Positions 1 through 12,829 of a stretch of 64,000 bases of DNA are shown piece after piece. The DNA is from Novakomyces olei. Its lineage: Eukaryota. Within the stretch, counting starts at the first letter, position 1. Every line of letters begins with the position of its first letter. Under the pieces are notes generated by a model. That model was not told the DNA's origin. It did not search any database and was given only the letters and a program-made list of their open reading frames with translations. The position numbers and the translations under genes are program-made. The stretch lies in the NCBI GenBank assembly GCA_016906335.1, contig JADEYG010000007.1, forward strand, positions 682,001 to 746,000. The letters run 5' to 3'.

Positions 1-185
1 ACCAGCGCAATATGTTAAAGGGCACACAGCGGACTTTACTACGTGCTGCTAACCAGCTTGGTGTGTCTCGAGATACCATAAAGTATATTGAGAGGAGAGC
101 AAAGCAAGACAAATGGATCTTTTATGCTGGCGCATTTGTGACGTTTTTAGTTTTTTACCTGATTGTTCGTTACATCGGGCGGTAG
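1..185 (+). CDS. BOS1: 3' end of ER-Golgi Qb-SNARE Bos1/membrin (5'-truncated)
   Basis: Frame 3 reads QRNMLKGTQRTLLRAANQLGVSRDTIKYIERRAKQDKWIFYAGAFVTFLVFYLIVRYIGR*: a SNARE motif end followed by a C-terminal TM anchor typical of Bos1. Confidence 0.85.
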   Translation, partial: QRNMLKGTQRTLLRAANQLGVSRDTIKYIERRAKQDKWIFYAGAFVTFLVFYLIVRYIGR

Positions 186-802
186 AACGGGTGTTTACAT
201 GATTTGCGCATGAATAATGATCTTGTTAATATAATATAAAGTTATATTGGTAAAATCTTTATGGATACCTGTTTCTACGTCCTACCTACGCTGCTGAGCA
301 AGGGACACTGCTTTGTCTATACACTCTGATACTGGTCGATCAGTGCCAGCTAATGTTTAAAGCGGGATTTCCGAGGTACAGCGGGTCTTCTACTTGAAGG
401 GGGTAGACTACGGCCACTGGATGGAGCTTACTTCCAAAGTATACGAGAACAAAACTGCTTCTTATCCCGGTAAGATATGTCAAAGGTTTACAAAATCAAT
501 TTAATAATATTCCTATGCTGTCTCGTAGAGGACCGAGTAGGTAATCATAAGATTCCTTTTGCCCGATCTCCATAATGAGATATGTAAAACACACAACGAA
601 AACAAACAACGTAACACGATGAAATTGCCAAAAAAAAAAAAAAAAAAAAAAAAAAGATATAAACCACGCCGGTGTAGCTGTACGGACAGAATGTACACTC
701 GCAAAAGTTGATGAGAAAAAAGATAATCCGGAGATCAGAGTCCTGCCATAGCGACGAAGGGTCGAAATGAAGGAGTTAAGAGCTGCCATGGAACCATGGC
801 GT

Positions 803-1627
803 CTAGTCTTCGTCCTTCTTGCCTTCATCGTCTTTGCTATCGTCACCGCCACCAGAGCTAGCGCAAGCAATGTATCTGATCATTAGTATGAGGGCAATTT
901 AGAATGACTAATTAACTATTACACAAAATTAAATTGAAACAAAATTAATAAATAAGCCTGGCCCTTAAATGCGTGATCTCCCACGTATAATGATGAAGCG
1001 TGAGGCAAATACCAAACAAGTTCTCACCGCGATGGAAGACAAAAACAAATCAAGATTGAAAAGTACCTTATTCCAGCATGAGCGCCCAAGACAAACAAAG
1101 CAACGAGGCCAGTATTGCCTACAAATCCCCAAGAGATCCGATTGGCTCTGATCCCCTTGCCAAACGCCAGTGCCAGCCCTGTCAGACAAAGAGCATCGAA
1201 CGCCAGCGTGACAGAAGTCGCAGGGTCCTTGAGAGCATTGTCGATAGATTCACCAACAGACATAGTTTTACCGACCAGAGCACTAAAGTAAGATTTTACA
1301 CGTCCCGTAAAAGTGCGTGGTTTGTGTTCGTCAGGATGAGGTTCTTGTTGAGGACGAATAGGCGTGTGCTGTGTACGGAAAACGTCCTTTTCCGTAAAGT
1401 CACGTGGTACCACGTTCACGTGAGACGGCGCGTCAGCGGGAAAAGAAGTAGGTTCACTGTCCGGCTGATCCGACTGAATCTCGGGAACAGGAGCAGCTGC
1501 TTTCTCCTCTGGAGTCTGTTCGGAATTGTGTTTTGCTATCTCTGCGTACCTACAGTGTTAAGCGAGGTCGAGCAAAGATCGATTGGGTGCAAGGGAACTT
1601 TATCTTGCGATGGCAAACTTACGACAT
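803..1627 (-). CDS. Mitochondrial outer membrane OM14-like protein (3 exons)
   Basis: ATG TC|gtaagt intron to cttaacactgtag gives MSYAEIAKHNSEQTPEEKAAAPVPEI...VNVVPRDFTEKDV, then a hydrophobic C-terminal region (GLALAFGKGIRANRISWGFVG). A second intron (gtactt...actaatgatcag) leads to YIACASSGGGDDSKDDEGKKDED*. Family recognised by eye. Confidence 0.6.
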
Positions 1628-1907
1628 TGTGTGCGGTATTTAAACACCGTCTGCAGCAATTAAAAGGCGGGACTTTAAGTCGGCTGAGTGAAGGTAATTC
1701 AAGGATCGCTGTACCGTATTATCGTTTGCTTAATGTGCGCCAAAATTTGCAAGAGGCGGACACTAGAATCAATACCAGGCAGTTTAGGTAATAACCAAGA
1801 TTTCTGTTTGGATACGGTATTGTCGCACGAGTACTCAGCCGGCTATAATCCCACTATGACCTCACACCTGATCTTGGTTACTACCTCTTTTGAGTCACGT
1901 GCATCCA

Positions 1908-2010
1908 GGTCAGGGTTTTCCGGTTTTCTCAATCGGTCAGGGTTTTCTATGGAAACTGTAACTCTTGGGTCGGTCATGTGTGTGACTGCCCTGGATATTA
2001 GGTCAGGGTT
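1908..2010 (+). promoter_or_regulatory. RPS13 promoter: Homol D box (TGTGACTG, 1981-1988) plus three GGTCAGGGTT elements
   Basis: Exact Homol D octamer about 90 nt upstream of the ATG; GGTCAGGGTT at 1908, 1935 and 2001. Confidence 0.75.
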
Positions 2011-2075
2011 ATAGTATAAACAGACTAGTCTACAATGCCTTCGGTGTTTGACAATTCAACACAGCTACATTCATC

Positions 2076-2688
2076 ATGGGTCGCATGCACAGTAAAGGTA
2101 GCGGCATTTCGTCCAGTGCGCTGCCGTACACACGTACTGCACCATCATGGTGCAAGGCGGACACTGAGTCTGTCGTCGAACAGATCCTCAAGTTCTCGAA
2201 GAAGGGCATGAGCCCATCACAAATTGGTGTTGTCTTGCGCGACTCCCATGGCATTCCCCAGGTCAAATATGTTACTGGTACGTTCGTTGTTGGAACTGAC
2301 TTGAGTCCTTTTCCTGTTGCAACACGGCACTAACTAGTCTAGGCCAAAAGATCCTGCGTATCCTGAAAAGCAATGGTAATTAATATGTGCCTCTGTTTGG
2401 TGCTTTGATGACTGACAGAGCGACAGGTCTTTCCCCGGAGATTCCCGAGGACCTATACCATCTGATCAAAAAGGTACGTGATTAAAGTAACTCGCAGGGC
2501 TCTAATTGGAACAGGCGGTTTCCGTACGCAAGCATCTTGAGCGCAACCGCAAGGACAAGGACTCCAAGTTCCGCTTGATTCTTATTGAATCTCGTATCCA
2601 CCGGTTGGCACGTTACTACAAGACGGTCGGTGCTCTGCCACCGACATGGAAATACGAGTCGGCTACGGCCAGCACTCTTGTCTCGTAG
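2076..2688 (+). CDS. RPS13: 40S ribosomal protein S13 (uS15), 4 exons
   Basis: [18 protein letters not shown]...[30 protein letters not shown]...[13 protein letters not shown]. Three GT-AG introns restore the frame. Confidence 0.98.
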
Positions 2689-3093
2689 ACGAATCGTATT
2701 AACAATACCTTCGGCCCTGCCGAGTCTGCATTTATTGTGGCTTTTGAGATAATTTTTGTTAGAACTAAATGCGCTGTGGTAGTCTGCAATCTAAAGTCTT
2801 TCAAAGCTGAACCATCTGACTGGGGACAATGTAATCTTGATTGCAAAAGAGTAATTGTAAATGATTGGTCTTCAATTGGCCGAAATGGATCTTTTGACCT
2901 GGCAAAGCTATACTGGCTGTAATCGTATAGTACCAAGCGTAGAGCAATCGCCTCCTCACAGCGCTGCTTCGTGCACGATTGGTTATTTTACACTGTCACC
3001 TACTAGACCCCAAAAAATTGTCAAACTGCTGTTAAAAGCTTTATTCATTTACATGCTTATAGCCAAATATTCAATCAGCCAGTCTTTGCGTCA

Positions 3094-3707
3094 TTAACCT
3101 TGGCCCATATGCGGCTTGAGTACACGCTTCAATCGTGCAGCCCACGATTTTGCGTCGGATTTTATGCCCCTTTCAGCCAAATCTTGCCGGCGTTGGCCAA
3201 TCTGTTTTGCTTGATTTCGTACCAGTGCCCATTGTGGTTTTTCACGCTTCCGGCCCACAACAGCATCCGCGCTCTGAGCTCGAGCTTCACGAAACTGTCG
3301 CTTAATCTCGTATACGCCGTGACTGGATTGTAAGCAATTCATTCGTTGTTCATATAATTCTATTTCTCTGCTTACTCCTTCAGATCGGTAGGCACGTCGG
3401 GAAACACAAACGGGTGCTCCATGTCAACCATTGCCCGCTTTTCCGTATTCAGTCGGACTCGCCGCGGCGGAGATCGGCCACCTGTGGCCACAGTTTTTGT
3501 CCGGTGAGGCGTGAGCGCGACAGAGATGCGTGTTGCTCGCAGTCCGTACAAATGCCACAAATAGTCTCGCAAATCTAACTTTGAAAACTTCAAGGGGATT
3601 TTAAAGAGAGCACGGTGAGGCGGTAATCGCGAACGGCAAAGCGTAATCGTAGCATTTGGCAGGAAGAGCTGTTTCCGACCCAAGCGGAACGGAGCTTCAC
3701 CAAACAT
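3094..3707 (-). CDS. MRP20: Mitochondrial 54S ribosomal protein uL23m, 2 exons
   Basis: GRKQLFLPNATITL...FKIPLKFSKLDLRDYLWHLYGL...KRAMVDMEHPFVFP. Intron 3323-3375 joins to DHGVYEIKRQF. Confidence 0.88.
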
Positions 3708-4189
3708 TAGGTGCTGAGTATGCTATTTTCCTCGTCTAATTCAAATTTGGCAGGCAATATATTTTAGTCGAATTTTATCTGTATTTCTATAGAATTATTT
3801 CTATAAAATTATATTATTATAGAATTATATTATTATAGAAATTTATTAATACAGAACTATATTATTACAGAATATATTAATATAGAAAATTAATATACTG
3901 TTGTTTCATACTCGTTTAAATCGTAATCTCGTATAGTTTGTTACTTTTATCTATATAAATATATATTATTCCATGTTTATGGGCTACAGCAGACGGCAGG
4001 TGCAACACTCACTCATCAGGGCCGATTGCCGTTCTCCGCATTGGACTCGCAAAGAGCAAGTTTCATTTCGAAAACCGATCGCGAAAACATCGGCAGCGGT
4101 ACTCGTTTGATAAACTTTGGCAAAGAAACCGAGGGTGCCGAAGGCACCGGGGCTAAATCATTACGTACTTTGATTCTATTATCACAAGG

Positions 4190-5090
4190 ATGGCACGGCA
4201 AAGTGATGGCGTAAACATCTTTTTGTTCATACCCAATCTTATTGGTAAGTCGTGTACTTGTACTTTGTAATTTGTCTCGCTAATTCGAAATTCAGGCTAT
4301 TCGCGAATTCTTTTAGCAGCCGGATCCCTATTCTACATGCCTTTTCACCCAAAAGCTTGTACATGGCTGTATGTAATTTCGTGCTTGCTGGACGCGTTTG
4401 ATGGTTTTGCTGCTCGCAAATTTGGGCAATGTATGTTCAACTCCCTCTCCAATGTCAAAAGATACGAGAATCCAGAAAAGATTAAAAGTTTAAATTTGCA
4501 CAAGACTATACGGATTAACGAATAAAATATGTGAAAAAAGTTTATTCAAATGATGCGCAATTACTGAATGTTTAGCGACAAAATTCGGTTCTATACTCGA
4601 TATGGTTACGGATAGATGTACAACCGCGTGTCTGATCTGCTATCTATCATCAGCCTATCCTCAGTATACGTTTGTCTTTCAGATTCTCATCTCTCTAGAT
4701 CTTGCCTCGCATTACATGCACATGTACAGCACTATTGAATCTGGATCACGCAGCCACAAATCTTTGAAAAAAGATGAAACGTGGATACTGCGACTCTATT
4801 ATGAGAACAAGACAGTTCTTTTTGTGCTTTGCGCAGCAAACGAACTTTTCTTTGTCGCTCTTTATCTCCTTTCATTCCCGCCACGTTCCCCACCGCGCCT
4901 GGGCTACTTGTGGGGTGTTCCATTATCCTACCCTTACCTCCTTGGCGCTGCGAGTTTCCCACTCTGTGCGCTTAAACAGTTTATCAATATTGTTCAGATG
5001 GCCAAGGCTGCAATTGCCTTGGCAGAAAGCGATGTGGCTGACCGCCAGCGGCCTGCTACACGCAACAGCACTTCGCGTAAACGATCATAA
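4190..5090 (+). CDS. PIS1: Phosphatidylinositol synthase (CDP-DAG:inositol 3-phosphatidyltransferase), 3 exons
   Basis: NIFLFIPNLIGYSRI...LLDAFDGFAARKFGQ|TKFGSILDMVTDR carries the CDP-alcohol phosphotransferase motif; also LDLASHYMHMY. Confidence 0.95.
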
Positions 5091-5407
5091 TAGACATAAA
5101 AGCACGGCGAGAATCTGATGGATAAAGGACCGGGCGCTCCTTTTCTGACTTTTATTTTCCGCTTTATCTAGATCTTTTCTTGTTCCTTCTTTTTGTTCTT
5201 TTGGATGGGAAGAAAGAAGGGATATATTAACAGTGTGCGTAAATAGCCAGTATGAAACCATCCTTAAATGTCAATGTACCAAGTTCCTCATGTTATGATC
5301 AGACAATTGTAGGTGTTTCTGTTCCCCATAAGCTTCATCCATTATCGTCTATACGTTATGTCGGCATTGTTTCTGTTTAATTAATTTATTTGTATTTAAA
5401 CCTTAAA

Positions 5408-6862
5408 CTAACTCCCAGCCGCCTTGTCTGTGGCCGCTTTGTATAGCGTCGATATACGAGTATAGAGCCCGTATAGCCGCTGGATATCTTCGTCCTTTTT
5501 CGCCAATTGCTCTCGTAATGAAACCAGCTCCTTCTCCTGTTCCGCTTCTTTTCGCCTCTCCGTTCTCACTGTTTCCGCATGCCTTTCTATATCTATAGTG
5601 TACCCATTACTGTTACCCGCCCTATGCTCAGATTGGCCATTACCCGCTCCTCTGTCCTCACTTCCCTCCGTCCGAAAGAACACATTGCCCTTGGCGAGTA
5701 CATCGTCCCTTAATCTTTGTAATACATCATCTTGTCCGCTCCTATCCTGCACCGGTCTCAAGTATACATTATGCTCATCCCGGCCGGTCGAATTGAGCAC
5801 CCGCTCCAGTGCAGGTAGGGGCAGAGTCGGTTCGCGTTTAGCTGTAGTCGGAATCGTGTACAATCGTACAGAGGTCACGGGGGGACCGTCGTCGCGCTCC
5901 ACTACTATCTGCACAGGCTGTCTAGAGGGAACACTCCAAACAATGGCTTTCCCATCTCGACTGCCACTCACAAGAGTCTCTCCGTCCACTGAAAGTGCTA
6001 GCGAAACAACGGCTCCATTATGCCCACGAAATATATTCTCTTCATTGACCTTGGCACTATTGCCGTCGTCATTAGCAGCGTGTGTAACGAGGCCACGGAG
6101 CGGCGGCCTCGACTCTTTCTCCCTTTCAAAGAGCTCAATCACGTAAATAGCGCCAGACTCTCCACCGGCATACACGGCACGCTCGAGGGGGTCGATTGCT
6201 ATCGACAAGCAGGGCTCCCTTAGTACTACGACAGCCAGTGTCTGCTGAGAGGCAATTTCGACAATTGTAATGCGCTTATCACCACTAGCAATGTACAGAC
6301 GGCCCCTTGTCCCCGCGGAGCATACAGCATGCGTTACAGGGGCCGAGTACTGCTCAAACGTGTAAAAGGGCACTATACTTTGCCGCCCAGAACCGATACA
6401 CTGGGCCACGTTCCACATGCGCAAACTGCCGTCAAGTGACCATGAAAGCAGGTGCGCTGATCCCGGTGAGAATTCAAGTCCCGTGACTGCCTGAAAGTGT
6501 GCTTCGTGGGCAAAAAGAAGAAGGCCTGAGCCGATCTCCCAAATGTATATCTTTCCGCTGCTAGAGCCGCCTGCAAGGTACGCGTTATTACAGGCCAGCA
6601 CGTGCAGACGCTCCGGGACAAGGAACCGGTGCAGCGGTGCCTCGCGCTCCCGTGCGTACGCGTATATCATGGATCTGTCGCTCTGAGCCGCGTAGACGAG
6701 ATTGTGCAGGGTATCAAATACTGTAGCGCCATTGTTCGCCACTCGGTTCTCGCGGTACGCTCGCAGACGCGTACCCGTGTACACATCGTAAAAGGCAGTG
6801 GATACGTCCTTGTTTGACGTGGATTCTGTATGCGCCACGCTTACCAGGACTGCCTCGTTCAT
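5408..6862 (-). CDS. IPI3: WD40 pre-rRNA processing protein Ipi3/Crb3 (Rix1 complex)
   Basis: Intronless 484 aa. WD repeats (GKIYIWEIGSG, AHFQAVTGL, GHNGAVVSLALSVDGETLVSGSRDG) and a C-terminal coiled coil. Confidence 0.85.
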   Translation of the reverse strand: MNEAVLVSVAHTESTSNKDVSTAFYDVYTGTRLRAYRENRVANNGATVFDTLHNLVYAAQSDRSMIYAYAREREAPLHRFLVPERLHVLACNNAYLAGGSSSGKIYIWEIGSGLLLFAHEAHFQAVTGLEFSPGSAHLLSWSLDGSLRMWNVAQCIGSGRQSIVPFYTFEQYSAPVTHAVCSAGTRGRLYIASGDKRITIVEIASQQTLAVVVLREPCLSIAIDPLERAVYAGGESGAIYVIELFEREKESRPPLRGLVTHAANDDGNSAKVNEENIFRGHNGAVVSLALSVDGETLVSGSRDGKAIVWSVPSRQPVQIVVERDDGPPVTSVRLYTIPTTAKREPTLPLPALERVLNSTGRDEHNVYLRPVQDRSGQDDVLQRLRDDVLAKGNVFFRTEGSEDRGAGNGQSEHRAGNSNGYTIDIERHAETVRTERRKEAEQEKELVSLREQLAKKDEDIQRLYGLYTRISTLYKAATDKAAGS

Positions 6863-7285
6863 AGCGGCCGAGCGGTCAATGTACGCTATAAACTTTCGCG
6901 GCCTATAATTATTTGATTTATTTAATAGATTTAATATTATTTTTATTTCCTGGTTTACTATTATATTTTATGTTATAGTGGAATCCAAACTAATTGGGTT
7001 TAGGGTTTGGAGAGTTAGTTTGGTAAACTTGGATTAATTGAGGCAAGAATACACAAATATATAGCCTATATCCTATATACTACCCGCCTTGACATTTTAC
7101 TCTTGGTTTTACTATTATATTTTTTGTCAATCTCCTGTTAAATGTCATTTGAATCATCAGTATAATATAGTACACTTAATATATTAAACATTCAATATAT
7201 TCAATATATTATACATTTAATATATTATACGTTTAATAGCTATAATAGTTTAATAGCGCTGACACAGGCGTCTACGTAACGCACA

Positions 7286-8630
7286 ATGTTTCGGAACCAG
7301 TACGACTCGGACGCGATTACGTGGTCGCCACAAGGCCGTTTGCATCAAGTAGAATACGCGCTTGAAGCGATCAAGCAGGGATCTGCTACAACAGGCCTTG
7401 TATCCAAAACTCATGCCGTTGTATGTGCGCTGAAGCGCAATGCGGAGGAGATGAGCAGCTATCAAAAGAAGATTGTACGAATCGACGACCATTTGGCCAT
7501 TGCCGTGGCGGGCCTTGCTCCAGATGCACGTGTGCTCGGGTATGTAGTTTCTCCAAGGCTCTTTTGCGCCCTGCCTCTGGAGCTTTGACAAGGGATTGTT
7601 TTGTTTTTTGGTTATTTGTTTGATATGGTGCTTGTACAGCGCTTCACTATGCCCTCTTATTTTGCAACATCAAATAAGGGGATTTTGTTTTGTGTTAGTT
7701 TGTCTTGGAGCTTTCAGTTGTACTTTTTTGTCGTAAATTCGTGACCGTTTCTTTCTCGATTATTCTGGTCTGATAGCTTACACCCTTGCTCGTGTTGGCA
7801 CTCGTTCTTTTCGGCTTTGATTTTACTGGTCTTTTCCCTCCATTATCTCCCTTTTCCCCTCCACTATTTCTCTTTCTATTCTACTGTTTTAGCACAGTCT
7901 CTTTGGCCTTTTCTGCGGCTTTTTTCCTACCATAGCTAACTATATACAAGGAACTTTATGCGGCAGCAGGCAATGATTTCAAAGGCCACTTTTGGCCGTC
8001 CTATACCCGTGGGTCGCGTAGTCAACGCTATCGCTGATAAGGCTCAAGTTGCCACGCAAGAGTACGGTCGGCGGCCTTATGGAGTCGGCCTTCTTGTAGC
8101 AGGTGCAGATGTACGGTTCTGCTTTTTTAAAAATAAATTAATTAATAAGCAATATCAAAATTGATATCTAATTCAACAGGAAAGCGGCCCTCATTTGTTT
8201 GAATTCCAGCCGAGCGGAACTGCACTGGAATACTTGGCTACTAGCATGGGCGCTCGCAGTCAGTCTGCACGAACGTACCTAGATCGAAACTTTAGCGAAT
8301 TTGAAAACGGTAAGCATTGCACATTAATCTCGCTAACGCAATAAAGCTTCTTGGGAAGAACTTGTGCTTCATGGCTTGCGAGCACTTCGTGATACTCTAC
8401 AGCAGGACAAGGAATTGACCAGCTCAAACGTCTCAATTGCCGTGGTCGGCGTTGATTTCAAATTGAGAACTTACGACGACGAGGAAACTCGTTCCTGGCT
8501 CAGTCAGCTGGGCGAAACGTCTGGACGCCGAAGTGGACCCGCGGCCAGTAGTGTTGCTGAGACTGGTGCGGCTGGTGCGGATGGACCCGCCGACGAGGGT
8601 ACGGCTGGAGATGCAATGCAAACAGATTAG
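7286..8630 (+). CDS. PRE5: 20S proteasome subunit alpha-6, 4 exons
   Basis: [25 protein letters not shown]...[11 protein letters not shown]...[11 protein letters not shown]. First intron at 7540-7950. Confidence 0.96.
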
Positions 8631-9167
8631 GGATATTTAGAAATGAACTACAATTATCGTACTACTGTCTATTTGCTCCTCTTAACGTTGGTCTAAAGTC
8701 AATTAATAGATGCATTAATATTATTAGACCCTTGTCTTTACACCCCTACCTCTAGAAATCAAAACAACATTCGCGTTGGGGTCGAAATATAAAAGAAATA
8801 AATAAATCTCGGTTAGAAATAACATATTTACTAAAATGATAAAATAATATTGGAAAAGTCCTAAAAAATAGAACAGTCATGCTGGACATAAATATGATAA
8901 CGAGTTTGAAAATAAGGAGAAAACAAGCGAGGGAACAAACAATAAATGGTACATGAACTAGTGCTTTTGCGAGCATGTGAAATAAAAAGTGCGGATTTAA
9001 AAAATTGCCATAAAAATTGTAGCACGGTCGAGCGTACAAGCATCAACAAAGAAAAATTGTACACTCCAGATTAAATCGTCCTCTAGATTGATCTCGACCG
9101 CCTGGCGATAAAGCTCGAATCTTGATAATATTTCGTTCGAAGCAGAAAAAAAAATTAAACCATCAAA

Positions 9168-9776
9168 TTACAAGAGCACGAGAGAAAAAGTAGACGCTCC
9201 CAAGACTAGAAGCATCTGCCAAAAGTAATGTGAGCGTGCGGGTAATGAGGCAGCACGTTTCTCTGCCGCTGCAGCCTGAGACATACTTCTAACAGTACCG
9301 ACTGTTCCGGAAATTGTACCAAGGCCGATAGATCCAGTGCTTGGAGAAGCAATAGATCCATCCCATTGACTAAATGTTTGCACCCAAGCTGTACTGTACG
9401 TAGTCGGGACTCCGTTGACCGTAGTGGTCATCCATACTATGGTCGGTTTCGGGTCAGCGCGTTTCTCCAAGTAATGTACAGTTGAACTAGTCATTGGCTC
9501 TTGTGGTGGAGCCACTGGTGGGCGAGAGTCCATCAGCTCTTCAAGGCCCACAGCGGCCAGAACGTAGGGATCATCATTGCTGCCTTGTCCTGCCAAGAAT
9601 TTATCATCGTATCCGTGCCTGTTTACACCTTTTGCCTCTAAAAAGTCTTCCAGCGAATCAAAGCCAGGGCCCCCATGGTTCGATAAGGCAAGCGTTAATG
9701 ACACAAAAAGGCCTAGAATTGCTGCAGTAATAGGCAGTAGCAAACGTACTTGCTCTGACCAATTGCGGAACATCAT
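9168..9776 (-). CDS. KRE1: Kre1-family secreted/GPI cell-wall protein
   Basis: N-terminal signal, KR dibasic site, Kre1-type motif WVQTFSQW...TGSIGLGTISGTVGTVR, hydrophobic C-terminal GPI-like signal. Confidence 0.65.
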   Translation of the reverse strand: MMFRNWSEQVRLLLPITAAILGLFVSLTLALSNHGGPGFDSLEDFLEAKGVNRHGYDDKFLAGQGSNDDPYVLAAVGLEELMDSRPPVAPPQEPMTSSTVHYLEKRADPKPTIVWMTTTVNGVPTTYSTAWVQTFSQWDGSIASPSTGSIGLGTISGTVGTVRSMSQAAAAEKRAASLPARSHYFWQMLLVLGASTFSLVLL

Positions 9777-10397
9777 TGTGGCGCGTGCTGTACTAATCAG
9801 AATGCCCTGACTTGGACAGTAACGCGCGTATTACTGATCTTAAACTGAGCAGATTCAAAGAGATGCAAAGGAAAAGAGCGTGTACGCGTTTGCGTACTAA
9901 AAGCAGCCAGTCTACTAGCCGTGTCCCTGATCTTTGCTGGTAAGATCGATGGATATATTTATGTTAATATTTATATCTGTATTTATTTATATTTATATTT
10001 TATTATACTTATATTTATATTATATTCATTTTGATGTTTATTAACTGCATTCACATATGCATGTATCGCTATAATTTGCCTCCTGAATATAACCCTAACT
10101 AACCCTAGAAATACATTAGACACACAGGCTATTATTGCACAAAATTTAAATGCAGTCGAACCATCTAAAATATGTAGATATATGTTGTTCAGTGTTCAAA
10201 ATTTGCCGATAATCTTCACGTATTATACAACCCAAATTGGCTCTTCTACTCAACTTCGCATGGTATGGGCACTTGATAGTATAAAGCACAATCAATTGCA
10301 CTTTAGATTCTCTATTAATGCTACTGCAATCGGAATATAGACGAGACAATGTTCAATGGTATGCATTACATGCGCATTGGGGTATCCATGCGCTTGT

Positions 10398-10814
10398 TTA
10401 TTCCTCATCCTCATCATCGTTATCCATAACGACGTTGAAGAAACGGAGCTCGTAGTTGCCCTTGCCGGTGGAAATAATGCGCAGCCAGTCACGCAGCTGA
10501 TGCTTCTTGAGGTACTTCTTGGTCAAGTATTTCAAGTAGCGGCCGGAGAATTCGCGGTGAGCGACCACGAGAACCTTGCTGTCGCCTACTTTCTTAAGCT
10601 CGAGCTGTTCACCAAAGTTGTGCGTGTGGCCTTCGACCTTGATGCGATCGTTCAAGAATTGCACGAATGCATTAATGTCGAAAATCTTGTCGTTCACCGG
10701 TGCGCTGGCATCGATGGTATACTTGTTGAGTACTTTCTTTTGTGCGGACTTCTGGTAATAATTAGAACATTGATAAAATCGATACTTTGATTGTCAGCAT
10801 ACAGTAGGAGCCAT
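10398..10814 (-). CDS. RPL22: 60S ribosomal protein L22 (eL22), 2 exons
   Basis: MAPT|KSAQKK...DKIFD...FSGRYLKYLTKKYLKKHQLRDWLR...YELRFFNVV. Confidence 0.97.
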
Positions 10815-10902
10815 TTTTAGTTGTTCGGCCGTAGATCTCAAGTCTCTACCTCGTGGTTGTTGCGATAAACACAGTTGTGATTACAATACATAAATTATGA
10901 GG

Positions 10903-10919
10903 CAGTCACACCCTACCCT
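10903..10919 (-). promoter_or_regulatory. Homol E (AGGGTAGGGT) directly abutting Homol D (TGTGACTG) in the RPL22 promoter
   Basis: The + strand reads CAGTCACA CCCTACCCT, about 90 nt upstream of the RPL22 ATG. This is the fission-yeast ribosomal-protein promoter module. Confidence 0.85.
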
Positions 10920-11439
10920 AACCGTGTATCCTTGCGTTTGTATCAAATACTACAATGTGATAGCTCTTACAATCATTACTTAATATTCAGTAATACTGTT
11001 AATTTCATTATAAGGTTTGTCTACTATTACCCGATAAAGCTCACGTTTTTAAATGACAATTTCTCAATTTCTCGATTTGGACGTCTATTAATTCTTCTAT
11101 TCTAAAAGGACTTTGCATATGTACGTATCTCCTGCGTTGATTTGACAGGTCCAAAACTACTCTCGAATAATGAGTTAAGCTGCTCTTAAGGCTGCTCTTA
11201 TACAACTACCTGAACGAGCCATTGTATACCTCTGTTTATCGTGCGAGATAGCAATTCAACCCTCCTTGTCAACTATACGAAATCTGTTGTAACGTCCATA
11301 CGTCGTTATTTTAGAAAATGCATCAGATTAAATATAGCATTGGCTTTGTCACGACTCATAGTTTTTGTCGTAATTCATAATTTTATCAATATTCATAATT
11401 TCGTCATGATTCATAATATTTGTCATGATTCATAATAAC

Positions 11440-11865
11440 TCATGGTTTGTGCGGCTTTGGCACTGAAGGCCCTTCCTTAAGCTTGGGCTCTAAAGTCTCT
11501 CCGACACGGGCTGCTGAGTCACCGACAGTAGGTTCATGAAGAGCATGCTCCTCGTTGCTAATAGGGCCTTCGACACTTCCGCCTTGGCCAGTGCCTGTAG
11601 TCCGCATATCACCAGAATTGAATTTGTCTGGTGCGGGAATCTTTGATGGCAGATCGTCCGGCAATGGCAGCTCGGAATTGTTCGTTACCTCACGATCTTT
11701 GCCAAGTGCGTGAACATGTTTCTAGAATATTAGAGGACAGGAAATAATGCAATTATTTACCTTCATCTCTGCAGAAGTACCAGGGGGCACTTTGCCTTTT
11801 GCCTCCCGAGACTCGAGGTTTTGTACATCGGAAACAGTGTCTCTAATCACCGAACTGCTCTGCAT
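11440..11865 (-). CDS. Small hydrophilic protein of unknown function, 2 exons
   Basis: MQSSSVIRDTVSDVQNLESREAKGKVPPGTSAEMK|KHVHALGKDREV...PKPHKP*. The intron gtaaat...ctaatattctag keeps the frame. Confidence 0.65.
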
Positions 11866-12786
11866 ACTCGTTGTTAATTGTGAGATTTGTAATGTGCTCG
11901 GTGCCCGCGAGAAATTGTCCTCTTATACGTTTGCTTTCCATACATATACGTCAGAGCCCACGCAATGTCATTGTGACGTAATACGGGCAAATAGCATAAA
12001 GGTTACAACGTGCGGTGAAAATTCAAGGATTAATGGTACCCACTACCCACACATTGCGCGTTGCATGTAGCAGCAGGATTGCATTTTCTAGCAGTCTACT
12101 GAAGCCATTTTGTAGTTGTTGTACACGCTTATTCTCAAAAAGCCTTGTAGCAGTTTCGAAATGGAAATTTAAAAAAAATGCTTACGATAGAAATTTAAAA
12201 AAAAAAAAAAAGTAAATTTAACGACACTTTTCAAAGCAGTAGCAACCACCGCAAATTTCGTATATTAAATCCGTTCATTCTTCTGTTGCGTGCACGCATC
12301 TTGCAATGATCGATATACTGCAATAAACTTTTGTATACACCAGCTTCTTGTACGATGTAGGATATTACGAACGAGTAACTATCGGCAAATTTTCTGCCCG
12401 ATCCTCGTGGATCATTGGTTGAGACCGCGAGTGACTTTATATACCAATGGGACAAATTAGAAGCTGCCTTTCTAGAACCATTCTTGTCCAACCATGAACC
12501 AAGCAGACAGCTAGTCACGTGACTATTAACAGTGCGAGATTGCTTACAAAGCAGTGGTAATGCAAATGAATTGAAACGATCATTCGCCTATGGAGTACGC
12601 GATTTGCAAAAAATACAAACAGCTGCCCAATAGCCCAACCAGGCAGGCAACAAACCAGTAATTTGTCGTGTGTATAGGACGCGCCAAGTGCCAAGCATCA
12701 GTCGGGCTGAAAATTACACGTTTCTGGGCTCGGCAAAAAATAAAAAGCACAATCTTCAATTATGGATTACCGCTAGTTCTACTCGC

Positions 12787-12829
12787 TAGTTAACAGTATC
12801 ATAGTTAACAGTATCATAGTTAACAGTAT
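12787..12829. repeat. 15-bp tandem repeat TAGTTAACAGTATCA, about 3 copies
   Basis: Direct inspection. Confidence 0.9.

Noticed and set aside
496-870. 124-aa minus ORF with a poly-Phe run
   Set aside because: Out of frame with the spliced last exon of the OM14-like gene and running through a poly(T) 3'-UTR tract.
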